The translations under genes were made by a program, and so were the position numbers. This document shows, piece by piece, positions 19,694-27,868 of a DNA stretch of 32,000 bases; positions within the stretch are counted from its first letter, which is position 1; every line of letters starts with the position of its first letter. The notes under the pieces were generated by a model that was not told the origin of the DNA, ran no database searches, and saw only the letters and a program-made list of their open reading frames with translations. Origin of the DNA: Corynebacterium amycolatum (GTDB lineage Bacteria > Actinomycetota > Actinomycetes > Mycobacteriales > Mycobacteriaceae); assembly GCF_049243625.1 (NCBI RefSeq), contig NZ_CP046975.1; one strand, 5' to 3'.

Positions 19694-19722
19694 AAAAACC
19701 GCACCAATTTGGTGCGGTTTTC
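19694..19722. terminator. Bidirectional rho-independent terminator between maf and the convergent gene
   Basis: AAAAACCGCACC AATTT GGTGCGGTTTT: a perfect stem flanked by an A-run and a T-run. Confidence 0.7.
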
Positions 19723-19735
19723 TTAGCTGTCGGGA

Positions 19736-20794
19736 CTACTTGTTAGCAGCCTCAACGCGCTTGATGGCTTCCTGAGCAACGAGCTCCTGGATACCCATAT
19801 CCAGCTCGGAGGTGAAGCCAACACAGGAGCAGTTGATCTCGCCGAGAACGTAAGTGTCCTCGCCGTCCTCGCCGTCTGCCAGCATGAAATCAGCTGTCCA
19901 GATCAGCGGGATATTGTCGCCACCGAGGTTCTCGGCAATGACCGGGCGAGCCTCAGCAAACATGTCGATGAGGTCCTGCCATTCTTCCGGCTTGTTGTAG
20001 GTGTACTTCGCACCGGAGAACAGGGTTGCCGAGAAAGCATCGCCGCCCTCGGCCGGCTTCTTGTGAACCACGAAGACCGGGTGCGGACCGACCAGCAGAA
20101 TGCGAATTTCGCCTTCGGTGATGCGCGGCATGAAGCGCATGTCCACGAGCATGCCGTTATCGCCGATGATGTACTGGTCACAGAAATCCATGAACTCTCC
20201 GAGCTCGCGAGTCTCGGTGTGATTGTCCACGGCCTCGGTGCACTTCAGCTTGGTGTCCAGCGGCAGCGGGGTGCCCGGCTCAACGTTCTTAGCAACCTCT
20301 TCGTCAGCGATGCGCACACGCCAGATGCCGGACCCGGTGGAGCCACGGTTCTGCTTGAGGACGCGCTCGCCGTAGGACAGGGAAGTCGGGAAAGTCTTGT
20401 GGAATGCCTCGACGTCGTAGTAAGCAGCGGTGTCAGACGGAACCAGGTCAGTATCCTTGAGCTTGACCAGTGCGTCCTTTGCGCCGTAGGCCATCATCTC
20501 GCCCGGGGTGGACATACCGACCAAACCAGCGACCGAGAGGCTAGTCAGAAGCTCGAAGTAGCCCCTCTCACCACCCGGGATGTTGCCCGGGTTAACGCGG
20601 GAGATGTAGCCGTCGAAGTTCTGAGAGACGTAGTCGTACAGGTCGTCCTTCCACTCTGGTCGGTAGTAGACGACCTCAGCGGACCAACCGGCTTCGCGGA
20701 TAGCGTTGACGATTGGCATGGTGTCCTTGCGGTGTCCGTCGAAGTACTTGTCCGAGCCGCCCTCGATCTCGAATACAACAATGTTCTTATGCAC
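19736..20794 (-). CDS. Conserved hypothetical protein with ATP-grasp-like motifs
   Basis: Glycine-rich loop VLKQNRGSTGSGIWRV and C-terminal YVLGEINCSCVGF (the E-x-N Mg-binding motif of ATP-grasp enzymes). GTG start at 20794 lies 5 nt after AAGGAG. The substrate is unknown. Confidence 0.55.
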   Translation of the reverse strand: MHKNIVVFEIEGGSDKYFDGHRKDTMPIVNAIREAGWSAEVVYYRPEWKDDLYDYVSQNFDGYISRVNPGNIPGGERGYFELLTSLSVAGLVGMSTPGEMMAYGAKDALVKLKDTDLVPSDTAAYYDVEAFHKTFPTSLSYGERVLKQNRGSTGSGIWRVRIADEEVAKNVEPGTPLPLDTKLKCTEAVDNHTETRELGEFMDFCDQYIIGDNGMLVDMRFMPRITEGEIRILLVGPHPVFVVHKKPAEGGDAFSATLFSGAKYTYNKPEEWQDLIDMFAEARPVIAENLGGDNIPLIWTADFMLADGEDGEDTYVLGEINCSCVGFTSELDMGIQELVAQEAIKRVEAANK

Positions 20795-21158
20795 AGGCAC
20801 TCCTTTTAAGAAAATACATGGACTTCCGGCACTCAATTGTCTCCGTAACGCAGCGAATACCCAGGCAGATAGCCCATTTCAGCCCATTTTCCAGTGATAC
20901 GAATCAACACAGTTTTTGCGCTAACTCTCAGCTAAATTTTAGGGCACTACCGGGATTCCAAGCGCGCTGAAAACACTCCTTTTACCCCCAACTGTGAGGC
21001 GTATCCCAGGGGTGGCCGCGGACGCAATTGTTGCCGTTGGAAAGCGCTCACACCGGGGACTATTCCGCCGTTCGCCACGCGACCCGTAAACTAGATATGC
21101 AATTGACGATAAACGTCAGAAAGTCCCACCCACCCAACTTGCGCCAAGGGAGTATCCG

Positions 21159-22043
21159 ATGGCTGTTCCGCACGACCCGCACCCCCAGTTCCAGCAGTAC
21201 GCCCACCCTGAGCGCCTCGTCTCTAGCTCCTGGCTTGCTGCCCGACTGGGCTCTCCCGGTCTGCGCGTTGTTGAATCCGACGAGGACTCACTGCTCTACG
21301 ACATTGGACACATTCCGGGCGCGGTTCGCATCGACTGGCATCACGACCTCAACGACCCCGTGCGCCGCGACTATATCGACGCCGAAGGCTTTGCCGAGCT
21401 CATGCGCGAGAAGGGTATCTCGCGCGACGACACCGTCGTAATCTACGGCGACAAGTCCAACTGGTGGGCCGCCTACACACTCTGGGTCTTCGAGCTTTTT
21501 GGACATCCCGACGTGCGCCTTCTCAACGGTGGCCGCGACGCCTGGATGACTGAAGAACGAGACACCAGCTTCGAGGTCCCTAACTACCCACGCACTGACT
21601 ACCCTGTCGTCGAGCGCGACGACAGGACATTGCGCGCCTACTTCAGCGATACGCGTGAGCTCATTGAAAAGGCTCCGATTATCGACGTACGCACTCCGGA
21701 GGAATATGCCGGTGCGCGAACCCATATGGTCGATTACCCACAGGAAGGCGTCCTGCGAGGTGGCCACATTCCAACCGCGGTAAACATTCCATGGAATCAG
21801 TCCGTTCACCCGAACTCGCGTTTCCGCGACCGCGAAGAGCTTGAGCAGATTTACGCGCACGTCCAATTCGAAGATGAGGCGATTGTCTACTGCCGCATAG
21901 GCGAGCGCTCCGCGCACACCTGGTTTGTACTGCACCACCTGCTCGGCCACGAGAATGTTCGCAATTACGACGGCTCGTGGGTTGAGTGGGGCAACATGAT
22001 TGGCATGCCCATCGCCCACGGTTCGGAGCCGGGAAGCCTGTAG
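21159..22043 (+). CDS. thtR: Thiosulfate/3-mercaptopyruvate sulfurtransferase (tandem rhodanese domains)
   Basis: Two rhodanese domains with active-site loop [17 protein letters not shown] follows AAGGGAG. It is adjacent to accBC as I recall for C. glutamicum thtR. Confidence 0.85.
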   Translation: MAVPHDPHPQFQQYAHPERLVSSSWLAARLGSPGLRVVESDEDSLLYDIGHIPGAVRIDWHHDLNDPVRRDYIDAEGFAELMREKGISRDDTVVIYGDKSNWWAAYTLWVFELFGHPDVRLLNGGRDAWMTEERDTSFEVPNYPRTDYPVVERDDRTLRAYFSDTRELIEKAPIIDVRTPEEYAGARTHMVDYPQEGVLRGGHIPTAVNIPWNQSVHPNSRFRDREELEQIYAHVQFEDEAIVYCRIGERSAHTWFVLHHLLGHENVRNYDGSWVEWGNMIGMPIAHGSEPGSL

Positions 22044-22057
22044 ACGATTGACGCAAC

Positions 22058-22083
22058 CGGTGGGCACTTCTCCCCACCGTTTT
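22058..22083 (+). terminator. Putative terminator after thtR
   Basis: CGGTGGG cacttctc CCCACCG followed by TTTT. Confidence 0.5.
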
Positions 22084-22126
22084 CCCGGCGTCAGCGACTG
22101 GCACTACAGCGGAGAATTAATTCCCC

Positions 22127-22154
22127 CTGCCGCCCCCAATCAAGGGGGCGGCAG
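22127..22154 (+). other. Perfect 11-bp GC-rich hairpin (second terminator-like element or structured leader)
   Basis: CTGCCGCCCCC aatcaa GGGGGCGGCAG, with no clear T tail. Confidence 0.35.
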
Positions 22155-22475
22155 TTGCACTCTTAGATGGTAATTTTAGCCGCAAACTTAGATTTTTGGG
22201 CGGAAAATAGCCACTTCAGCTGCCCCCACACCCACTTGAACGCTGCTCAAGACCACAATCTCTACCCCCTTATGTAGCGAGCAAAAAGAGGTTGCTTACC
22301 GCACCTGTGACACAATGGAGGCATTGGGTCACACGCTGTTAGCTACCGCGTGGTTAACCGCATTGCGGTTCACCGCTCAGTTAACTGCAGTGCTGCTTGT
22401 GATTCCTACAAATGACTGTCGCAACCTTGCCCCGAGGGCCAATTCTCGGGGTGCCCACGAAAAATGGAGGATTTC

Positions 22476-24251
22476 GTGTCCGAGCAGACCACTGAAAAAA
22501 TCACGAAGGTTCTCGTCGCCAACCGTGGCGAGATTGCCGTTCGCGTTATTCGCGCTGCGAAGGACGCAGGCATTCCTTCCGTCGCCGTTTACGCTGAGCC
22601 GGATGCGGACGCTCCTTTTGTGACCATGGCGGATGAGGCTTTTGCTCTCGGTGGCACCACTTCCGCTGAGTCCTACCTGGTCTTCGACAAGATTCTGGAC
22701 GCTGCAAAGAAGTCTGGCGCTAATGCCATCCACCCGGGCTACGGCTTCCTGTCGGAGAACGGCGACTTCGCAGAGGCCGTTGAGAACGCTGGCCTGATTT
22801 GGATTGGCCCGTCGCCGGAGTCCATCCGCGCCCTGGGCGACAAGGTCACCGCTCGTCACATCGCGCTGAAGGCTGACGCTCCGATGGCTCCAGGCACCAA
22901 GGAACCGGTTAAGGATGCAGACGAGGTCGTCGCGTTCGCTAAGGAGCACGGTCTGCCAATCGCCATTAAGGCTGCTTTCGGTGGCGGCGGTCGCGGCATG
23001 AAGGTCGCACACGAGATGGAAGAGGTCGCTGACCTCTACGAGTCCGCTACTCGCGAGGCCGTTGCCGCCTTCGGTCGCGGTGAGTGCTTCGTAGAGCGCT
23101 ACCTGGACAAGGCACGCCACGTCGAGTGCCAGGTTCTCGCTGATAAGCACGGCAACGTCGTTGTCGCCTCCACCCGTGACTGCTCTCTACAGCGTCGTTT
23201 CCAGAAGCTCGTCGAGGAAGCACCTGCTCCGTTCCTGACCCCGGAGCAGGATGAGCGCCTGCGCCAGTCCGCTAAGGACATCTGCCGCGAGGCTGGCTAC
23301 TACGGTGCTGGCACCGTTGAGTACCTGGTCGGCGCTGACGGCCTGATCAACTTCCTCGAGGTCAACACCCGCCTGCAGGTGGAGCACCCGGTCACCGAGG
23401 AAATTACCGGCCTCGATCTGGTCCGTGAGCAGTTCCGCATTGCCGAAGGCAAGGAACTGTCCATCAAGGAAGACCCGGAGATGCACGGTCACGCTTTCGA
23501 GTTCCGCATCAATGGCGAGGACGCCGGCAGCAACTTCATGCCGGCTCCGGGCACCATCACCAAGTACGTCGAACCGTCCGGCCCAGGTGTCCGCATGGAC
23601 ACCGGCATCAAGGAGGGCGATGTCATCGGCGGCCAGTTCGACTCCATGCTGGCCAAACTGATTGTTTGGGGCGAGACCCGCGAAGAGGCTCTGCGCCGCT
23701 CCGCTCGCGCCCTGTCCGAGTACCAGGTTGAGGGCCTGGCAACGGTCATTCCGTTCCACCGCCACATTGTGGAGAACCCGGCGTTTGTCGGCGATGGCGA
23801 GAAGTTTGACGTCTACACCAAGTGGATTGAGGAGGAATGGGACAACCCAATCGCTCCGTACGACGGTGACTCTGACGCTGACACCGACACCGTCCCGGCT
23901 CAGAAGGTCGTCGTCGAGATTGACGGTCGCCGCGTCGAGGTAGCCCTGCCAGGCGACCTGGCCCTGGGGGGTGGCAACGCTGGTGCCAAGAAGAAGAGCA
24001 AGAAGAAGCGCGCTGGCGGTTCCAAGAAGGCTGCTTCCGGTGACGCTGTGGTTGCTCCGATGCAGGGCACCGTCATTAAGGTCAACGTCGAAGAGGGCCA
24101 GGAAGTCTCCGAGGGCGACACCGTGGTTGTCCTTGAGGCCATGAAGATGGAAAACCCAGTCAAGGCTCACAAGGACGGCGTTGTCACTGGTCTGGCTACC
24201 GAGGCTGGCTCGGGTGTCGGCAAGGGCGATGTCCTGATGGAACTGAAGTAG
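22476..24251 (+). CDS. accBC: Acyl-CoA carboxylase alpha subunit AccBC (biotin carboxylase fused to biotin carboxyl carrier domain)
   Basis: [21 protein letters not shown]..., an ATP-grasp BC core, a Lys-rich linker, and the biotinylation motif [11 protein letters not shown]. It is near-colinear with the C. glutamicum AccBC sequence as I remember it. The GTG at 22476 lies 5 nt after GGAGGA; the ATG at 22464 is the alternative. Confidence 0.93.
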   Translation: MSEQTTEKITKVLVANRGEIAVRVIRAAKDAGIPSVAVYAEPDADAPFVTMADEAFALGGTTSAESYLVFDKILDAAKKSGANAIHPGYGFLSENGDFAEAVENAGLIWIGPSPESIRALGDKVTARHIALKADAPMAPGTKEPVKDADEVVAFAKEHGLPIAIKAAFGGGGRGMKVAHEMEEVADLYESATREAVAAFGRGECFVERYLDKARHVECQVLADKHGNVVVASTRDCSLQRRFQKLVEEAPAPFLTPEQDERLRQSAKDICREAGYYGAGTVEYLVGADGLINFLEVNTRLQVEHPVTEEITGLDLVREQFRIAEGKELSIKEDPEMHGHAFEFRINGEDAGSNFMPAPGTITKYVEPSGPGVRMDTGIKEGDVIGGQFDSMLAKLIVWGETREEALRRSARALSEYQVEGLATVIPFHRHIVENPAFVGDGEKFDVYTKWIEEEWDNPIAPYDGDSDADTDTVPAQKVVVEIDGRRVEVALPGDLALGGGNAGAKKKSKKKRAGGSKKAASGDAVVAPMQGTVIKVNVEEGQEVSEGDTVVVLEAMKMENPVKAHKDGVVTGLATEAGSGVGKGDVLMELK

Positions 24252-24265
24252 TTCTAAAGCTCTAA

Positions 24266-24316
24266 GCGGGGCTGGTTGCGATGGGATTCGCAGCCAGCCC
24301 CGCTCGATTCTTTTCG
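24266..24316 (+). terminator. Rho-independent terminator of accBC
   Basis: GCGGGGCTGGTTGCGA tggga TTCGCAGCCAGCCCCGC (16-bp stem with one G-U pair), followed by a T-rich tract. Confidence 0.7.
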
Positions 24317-24357
24317 TCCCCTCCCCGACCCCTCAAACACTGTTCAGGACGTCTAGA

Positions 24358-24768
24358 GTGGACGGTATGGAACCCATGGAAGTAAATGCCGGCCGCTTCT
24401 ACTGCCGCCCCCTGCGCCACGATTCCCGCGTCGATGATGCCCCGGTCGCAACCCAATTACTCACAGAATTGGCCCCTGACTCCGTCGCCGAGTTCCTTCG
24501 CAACTCCACCACCGAGTGGGAAAACGACACCGCCTACCGCTTTGCAGTTGCCGAGCAGACGAACGTCGAGATGCTCGCATTAGCGACGGTCGAGGTCATC
24601 GATGCCGACCATGTCAGCATCACCGTCCGCCCCGCAGGCGACCCCACACGCGTGTTACCTAACGACGATCAGGTCCTCACCAAGGTAACCGTCGCCGACG
24701 GCGTCGAAGCCGCCGAAAAAGCCCTCCACCGATGGGCAGAGGGCTTCTTGGGTAAGAAAGTCAGCTAG
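24358..24768 (+). CDS. Hypothetical protein (136 aa)
   Basis: The ORF lies between two terminator or convergent boundaries. FYCRPLRHDSRVDD faintly recalls the LRPL..D N-terminus of RimJ-type GNAT proteins, but no acetyl-CoA motif is visible. The start is ambiguous (GTG 24358, ATG 24367 or 24376). Confidence 0.4.
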   Translation: MDGMEPMEVNAGRFYCRPLRHDSRVDDAPVATQLLTELAPDSVAEFLRNSTTEWENDTAYRFAVAEQTNVEMLALATVEVIDADHVSITVRPAGDPTRVLPNDDQVLTKVTVADGVEAAEKALHRWAEGFLGKKVS

Positions 24769-24798
24769 CCGAACTAGCGCGGCTGCGACTGCTCAGTC

Positions 24799-25647
24799 CT
24801 AGGCGCCGGAGCGCAGCAGGTAGATATCCATAATCCAACCGTGCTCCGCACGTAGCTCCTTTTTCAGCTCCGCAATCTCTTCGCCGACATCGCCAACACG
24901 ACCACGGCGGAGCGTCTCCAGCTCCGTTCCCAGGAATGCACCCCAGAGAATCTCTTCCTCCGGGTCCGCGTGCTCGAGCCAGGCTGCCCCACCATCGAGC
25001 ATTACCACCGCATCCGTACCAGGCGCGCGCTCCCCCAGGCGCCGACCAGTGGTAATCAACACCGGCTTACCAATCTGGTTCAGGCACTCTCCATGCGCTG
25101 CGGTCAGCGCGGAAATCGCTGTCACACTGGGGATAACTCGCGAGCGCACGTCCACTCCAAGGTCGCGGACGCGCTGCAAAATCCGCAACGTTGAGTCGTA
25201 CAAGGCGGGGTCCCCCCAGACCAAGAACGCACCGCGGCGCTTGCCCTCTCGTCCGAGGTGAGCGACGAAGGCGTCGGCAAGCAGCTCTGCACGGCGCTGA
25301 TGCCAGTCACGGACGACTGCGCCGTAGTTATCGGGCGTGCGGTCACGTGGCGGGTCGGGAACGGCAACGAGTTCGACATGCGGCGCATGCTTATCGACGA
25401 TCGCCTGTCGCGCAGCCAACAAGTCCGCTTTGGCATCGCCCTTGTCGAGAGCAAAAACTACGTCGACATCAGCAAGAGCGCCGATAGCCTCGAGCGTAAT
25501 GTGGCTCGGACTACCGGCGCCGATTCCGATGACGTCTACATCGACATACCCGCTGTATACAGGGCTCTCAGCCTGAGTGCGGGCGGCGTCGTTTCGACTA
25601 GTGATTGGTCGGATCTCCCTCGTAACCGAACTGTTCAGCCATCTCAT
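24799..25647 (-). CDS. cobF: Precorrin-6A synthase (deacetylating) CobF-like tetrapyrrole methylase
   Basis: VIGIGAGSPSHITLEAIGAL..., AFLVWGDPALYDST, GKPVLITTGRRL and the C-terminal HGWIMDIYLLR match CobF as I recall it from Pseudomonas denitrificans. The only canonical start upstream of the domain is the ATG at 25647. Confidence 0.8.
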   Translation of the reverse strand: MRWLNSSVTREIRPITSRNDAARTQAESPVYSGYVDVDVIGIGAGSPSHITLEAIGALADVDVVFALDKGDAKADLLAARQAIVDKHAPHVELVAVPDPPRDRTPDNYGAVVRDWHQRRAELLADAFVAHLGREGKRRGAFLVWGDPALYDSTLRILQRVRDLGVDVRSRVIPSVTAISALTAAHGECLNQIGKPVLITTGRRLGERAPGTDAVVMLDGGAAWLEHADPEEEILWGAFLGTELETLRRGRVGDVGEEIAELKKELRAEHGWIMDIYLLRSGA

Positions 25648-25879
25648 CCGGAGACAGGCCAGCCATCGAACCCTGGAGGTTAGCCGAAGCGGCCTGCTTC
25701 AGGTAGATCTCGCAAGCGTTGGCCATGTACTTGGAGTCGTACACGTTCATCTCCAGAATCGGAGTCAAAGAGCCATCATCTTCCATGCGCGAAACCAGAA
25801 GGTGCGGCTTGTCTGAGTCCGTGGTCATGGAGCACTTAATCTTGACACCGTTGACATCCGTGAAAGTTGGCTTAATCAT
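25598..25879 (-). CDS. Small hypothetical protein (93 aa) upstream of and overlapping cobF
   Basis: ATG at 25879 lies 7 nt after GGAGGAGGA. The protein reads MIKPTFTDVNGVKIKCSMTT...EQFGYEGDPTNH, and I recognise no family. The track start 25966 lacks an RBS. Confidence 0.5.
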   Translation of the reverse strand: MIKPTFTDVNGVKIKCSMTTDSDKPHLLVSRMEDDGSLTPILEMNVYDSKYMANACEIYLKQAASANLQGSMAGLSPDEMAEQFGYEGDPTNH

Positions 25880-26154
25880 CTTGTCATCCTCCTCCAAAAC
25901 AGCGACCGGAAAATAAGTAGCGCTGTTGCGACCGCAAGCGCAAGAAAGTCGCTCGTTATAAACCATGTTAGCCGGATTTTCAACGACACCGCCGGGCGCA
26001 AAAACACTTGGGGGTAATAGCGGGCTTCCTGCATGTTTGCATGTCAGGCCGAGGACCCAATTGCCACTAGAGCTCGCAGATGCGTTAAGGTTATGAGGTA
26101 ATTTTTCCGGGATTGGTAGATAGGTTTTGCGGCTGCTTTGCCCGGAAGATGACT

Positions 26155-26227
26155 GCCCTAGTAGCTCAGTGGATAGAGCACGGCTCTCCTAAAGCCGGTG
26201 TCGGAGGTTCGATTCCTCTCTGGGGCA
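26155..26227 (+). tRNA. tRNA-Arg (anticodon CCT)
   Basis: Hand-folded cloverleaf: acceptor GCCCTAG/CTGGGGC (one G-U pair), D arm GCTC-AGTGGATA-GAGC, anticodon arm CGGCT-CTCCTAA-AGCCG, T arm GGAGG-TTCGATT-CCTCT, discriminator A. CCA is not encoded. Confidence 0.9.
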
Positions 26228-26229
26228 CA
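26216..26229. repeat. Left copy of the 14-bp direct repeat CTCTCTGGGGCACA (3' end of tRNA-Arg)
   Basis: Identical to 27648-27661; the bases on both sides of the 14-mer differ between the two copies. Confidence 0.95.
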
Positions 26230-26256
26230 TTGTGAAGTCTCGAGACATCGTTCCGG

Positions 26257-27474
26257 TTATGTCTCGAGGCTTCCTTTATTTTTGTTGCCCGGGGTGGGGT
26301 TTAGTTCGTTGTCTTTTTGGTTGTAGTAGATCTTGTCTGAGGTCAGTGTGTAGTGGGCTATGTGTTGCCCCGTGGCGGTGATTTTGATGTCTGCTGTGTT
26401 GTCTACGCACATGATGGTGATGGGTTCTCCGGCCCATCGGCGTCCGATATAGAGGCGTCTGAGTTGTCCGCCCCACCGCAGTGTCGTTTTGCCGTTTTTG
26501 GCGACTTTGTCGGTGCGCAGGCGGTAGTCATAAGTCTTGTTTCCTGGGCGGGGATGCGCTTTGGGTAAAGCGTTGTAGGCCTCCGCAGGGGTACATCGGT
26601 TGAGTGCTCGGTGGGGGCGTTTGTTGTTGTAGTAGTCGATGATGCCATCGAGTTGTTCGTTGAGGTTGTCGATGTCTCTAGCTTGGGGTCTGTTACGTAG
26701 TGCCAGTTTGAGTGTGTAGTGGAATCGTTCAACTTTCCCTTGGGTTTGCGGGTGGTAGGGTTTGCCGTTTTTCTGTTCAATTCCTAGGTCTAGGAGGAGT
26801 TGTTCGAAGCCATTGCGTGCTGGGTTGGTGCGGTCGTTGCTGGTTGTGAATGCTCGTCCATTGTCGGTCAGGGTTGATTGTGGGTAACCGTGGATGGTGG
26901 CTGTGTAGGTGAAGGCTTCGATGACGTGGGTGACGGTTGCGCTGTTAAAGGCTTGGCAGTGAAGTACATAGCGTGAGTGGTCGTCGAGGATTGTAAGGAT
27001 GACGACGCGTTGGTGGCCGGCGATGGTCCAGTCGCTGTAGTCCATTTGCCATGTTTCGTTGGGTTGGTCTGCTTGGAATCGTATCCATGAGCTGCGGGGA
27101 CGTTTTTGTGGTTGGGGTGTGATGTGTCCGTTGTTTTTGAGGATGCAATGGATCGTTGCTGTTGCTGGCAGTGGGGTTGTGTCTTCTTGCTCGAGGTGCC
27201 AGCGGATGGTGTGGGCTCCCGCGTCGGTGCCGCGGTTGGTTAGTTCGTAGCGTAATTGGAGGATGCGGTCGACTACGTCAGGGGCGGTAGCGCGTGGATT
27301 TGTATGAGGGCGTTTTGATTTAGGGGTCAGTGCCTTGATGCCGCCTTCGGTGTAGCGCTTTTGTAATGTGCGGATCCAACGCGTTGTCACGCCGAAGTGT
27401 TGGGCTGCTTCGGTTTGGGTCATGCCGGTGGCGAGCATGGTTTCGATGATGGTTTTCGGAGCTGGTTTCTCCAT
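26257..27474 (-). CDS. IS481-family (IS3 superfamily rve-type) DDE transposase, apparently intact
   Basis: N-terminal HTH (MTQTEAAQHFGVTTRWIRTLQKRY). The integrase core has WQMDYSDW, TLTDNGRAFT and YHPQTQGKVERFH (D, D, E context), followed by YYNNKRPHRALN. Confidence 0.9.
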   Translation of the reverse strand: MEKPAPKTIIETMLATGMTQTEAAQHFGVTTRWIRTLQKRYTEGGIKALTPKSKRPHTNPRATAPDVVDRILQLRYELTNRGTDAGAHTIRWHLEQEDTTPLPATATIHCILKNNGHITPQPQKRPRSSWIRFQADQPNETWQMDYSDWTIAGHQRVVILTILDDHSRYVLHCQAFNSATVTHVIEAFTYTATIHGYPQSTLTDNGRAFTTSNDRTNPARNGFEQLLLDLGIEQKNGKPYHPQTQGKVERFHYTLKLALRNRPQARDIDNLNEQLDGIIDYYNNKRPHRALNRCTPAEAYNALPKAHPRPGNKTYDYRLRTDKVAKNGKTTLRWGGQLRRLYIGRRWAGEPITIMCVDNTADIKITATGQHIAHYTLTSDKIYYNQKDNELNPTPGNKNKGSLET

Positions 27475-27488
27475 GGTTTCAGCATGGA

Positions 27489-27643
27489 GGAACGATGTCG
27501 CGAGACATCAGTTTCGGCGTGTTTGGGGCAACTGTGGCGTGTTGCCGGGCACATCGTTTCTCGCCGGAACGATGTGACGAGACATGATGGTTCTCGGCAC
27601 CGGAACGATCTCATGAGACATGCGGAACGATGTCACCGAACCA
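27489..27643. repeat. Array of four direct copies of a 20-bp motif GGAACGATGTnnnGAGACAT in the transposase-proximal IS end
   Basis: Copies at 27489-27508, 27566-27585, 27602-27621 and 27624-27643 (second half diverged), plus an inverted half-site at 27551-27560. An inverted full copy lies at the other IS end (26235-26254) and a degenerate one at 26259-26274. Confidence 0.85.
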
Positions 27644-27647
27644 GACG

Positions 27648-27661
27648 CTCTCTGGGGCACA
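27648..27661. repeat. Right copy of the 14-bp direct repeat CTCTCTGGGGCACA
   Basis: Identical to 26216-26229. Confidence 0.95.
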
Positions 27662-27782
27662 AATACCCCTCGTGACCTTTTACATATAGGACGCGAGGGT
27701 TCTTTGTCTTTCTGACGCCCGGCCACTACGCCCGTCCCCCCCCTCTCCTGAGAACGCATCACCCAACAATTTCCAGCAACAC

Positions 27783-27801
27783 TTGTGTTAGGCTTACCTA
27801 A
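27783..27801. promoter_or_regulatory. DtxR/IdeR-type iron box upstream of the siderophore-interacting protein gene
   Basis: TTGTGTTAGGCTTACCTAA matches the 19-bp corynebacterial consensus TWAGGTWAGSCTWACCTWA at 17 of 19 positions (16 of 19 against TTAGGTTAGGCTAACCTAA). It lies 68 nt before the ATG at 27869. Confidence 0.65.
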
Positions 27802-27868
27802 TCGTATGGCGTGTAGACTTCCGGCAGTACATAACAGCCCAAAAACTTGTTGAAGGACAGTGACAACT

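Larger units (their letters stand above)
26230..27647 (-). mobile_element. IS481-family insertion sequence (about 1.42 kb, single transposase ORF)
   Basis: A single DDE transposase. The left terminus is TGTGAAG... (the TGT end typical of IS481, from memory). Motif copies at the two ends are inverted relative to each other, and the element is flanked by the 14-bp direct repeat. The exact right boundary is ambiguous. Confidence 0.8.

Noticed and set aside
20871-20890. Tandem AGCCCATTT x2 in the spacer between the ATP-grasp-like gene and thtR
   Set aside because: A two-copy 9-mer with no palindromic character, which is insufficient to call a regulatory site.
20063-22067. Long ORFs antisense to the ATP-grasp-like gene (20063-20809) and to thtR (21288-22067)
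   Set aside because: These are shadow frames opposite genes with good motifs and Shine-Dalgarno sequences.
22377-24170. Two long minus-strand ORFs (257 and 327 aa)
   Set aside because: Both are antisense shadows of accBC, whose identity is unambiguous.
27489-27643. Possible CRISPR-like array because of regularly recurring 20-bp repeats
   Set aside because: The spacings are irregular (57, 16 and 2 nt). The repeats are inverted at the other end of a transposase gene and there are no cas genes, so these are IS terminal binding sites.
27736-27743. C8 homopolymer upstream of the SIP promoter
   Set aside because: It lies in an intergenic region upstream of the DtxR box with no reading frame affected. 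I noted it only as a potential slippage or sequencing-error site.
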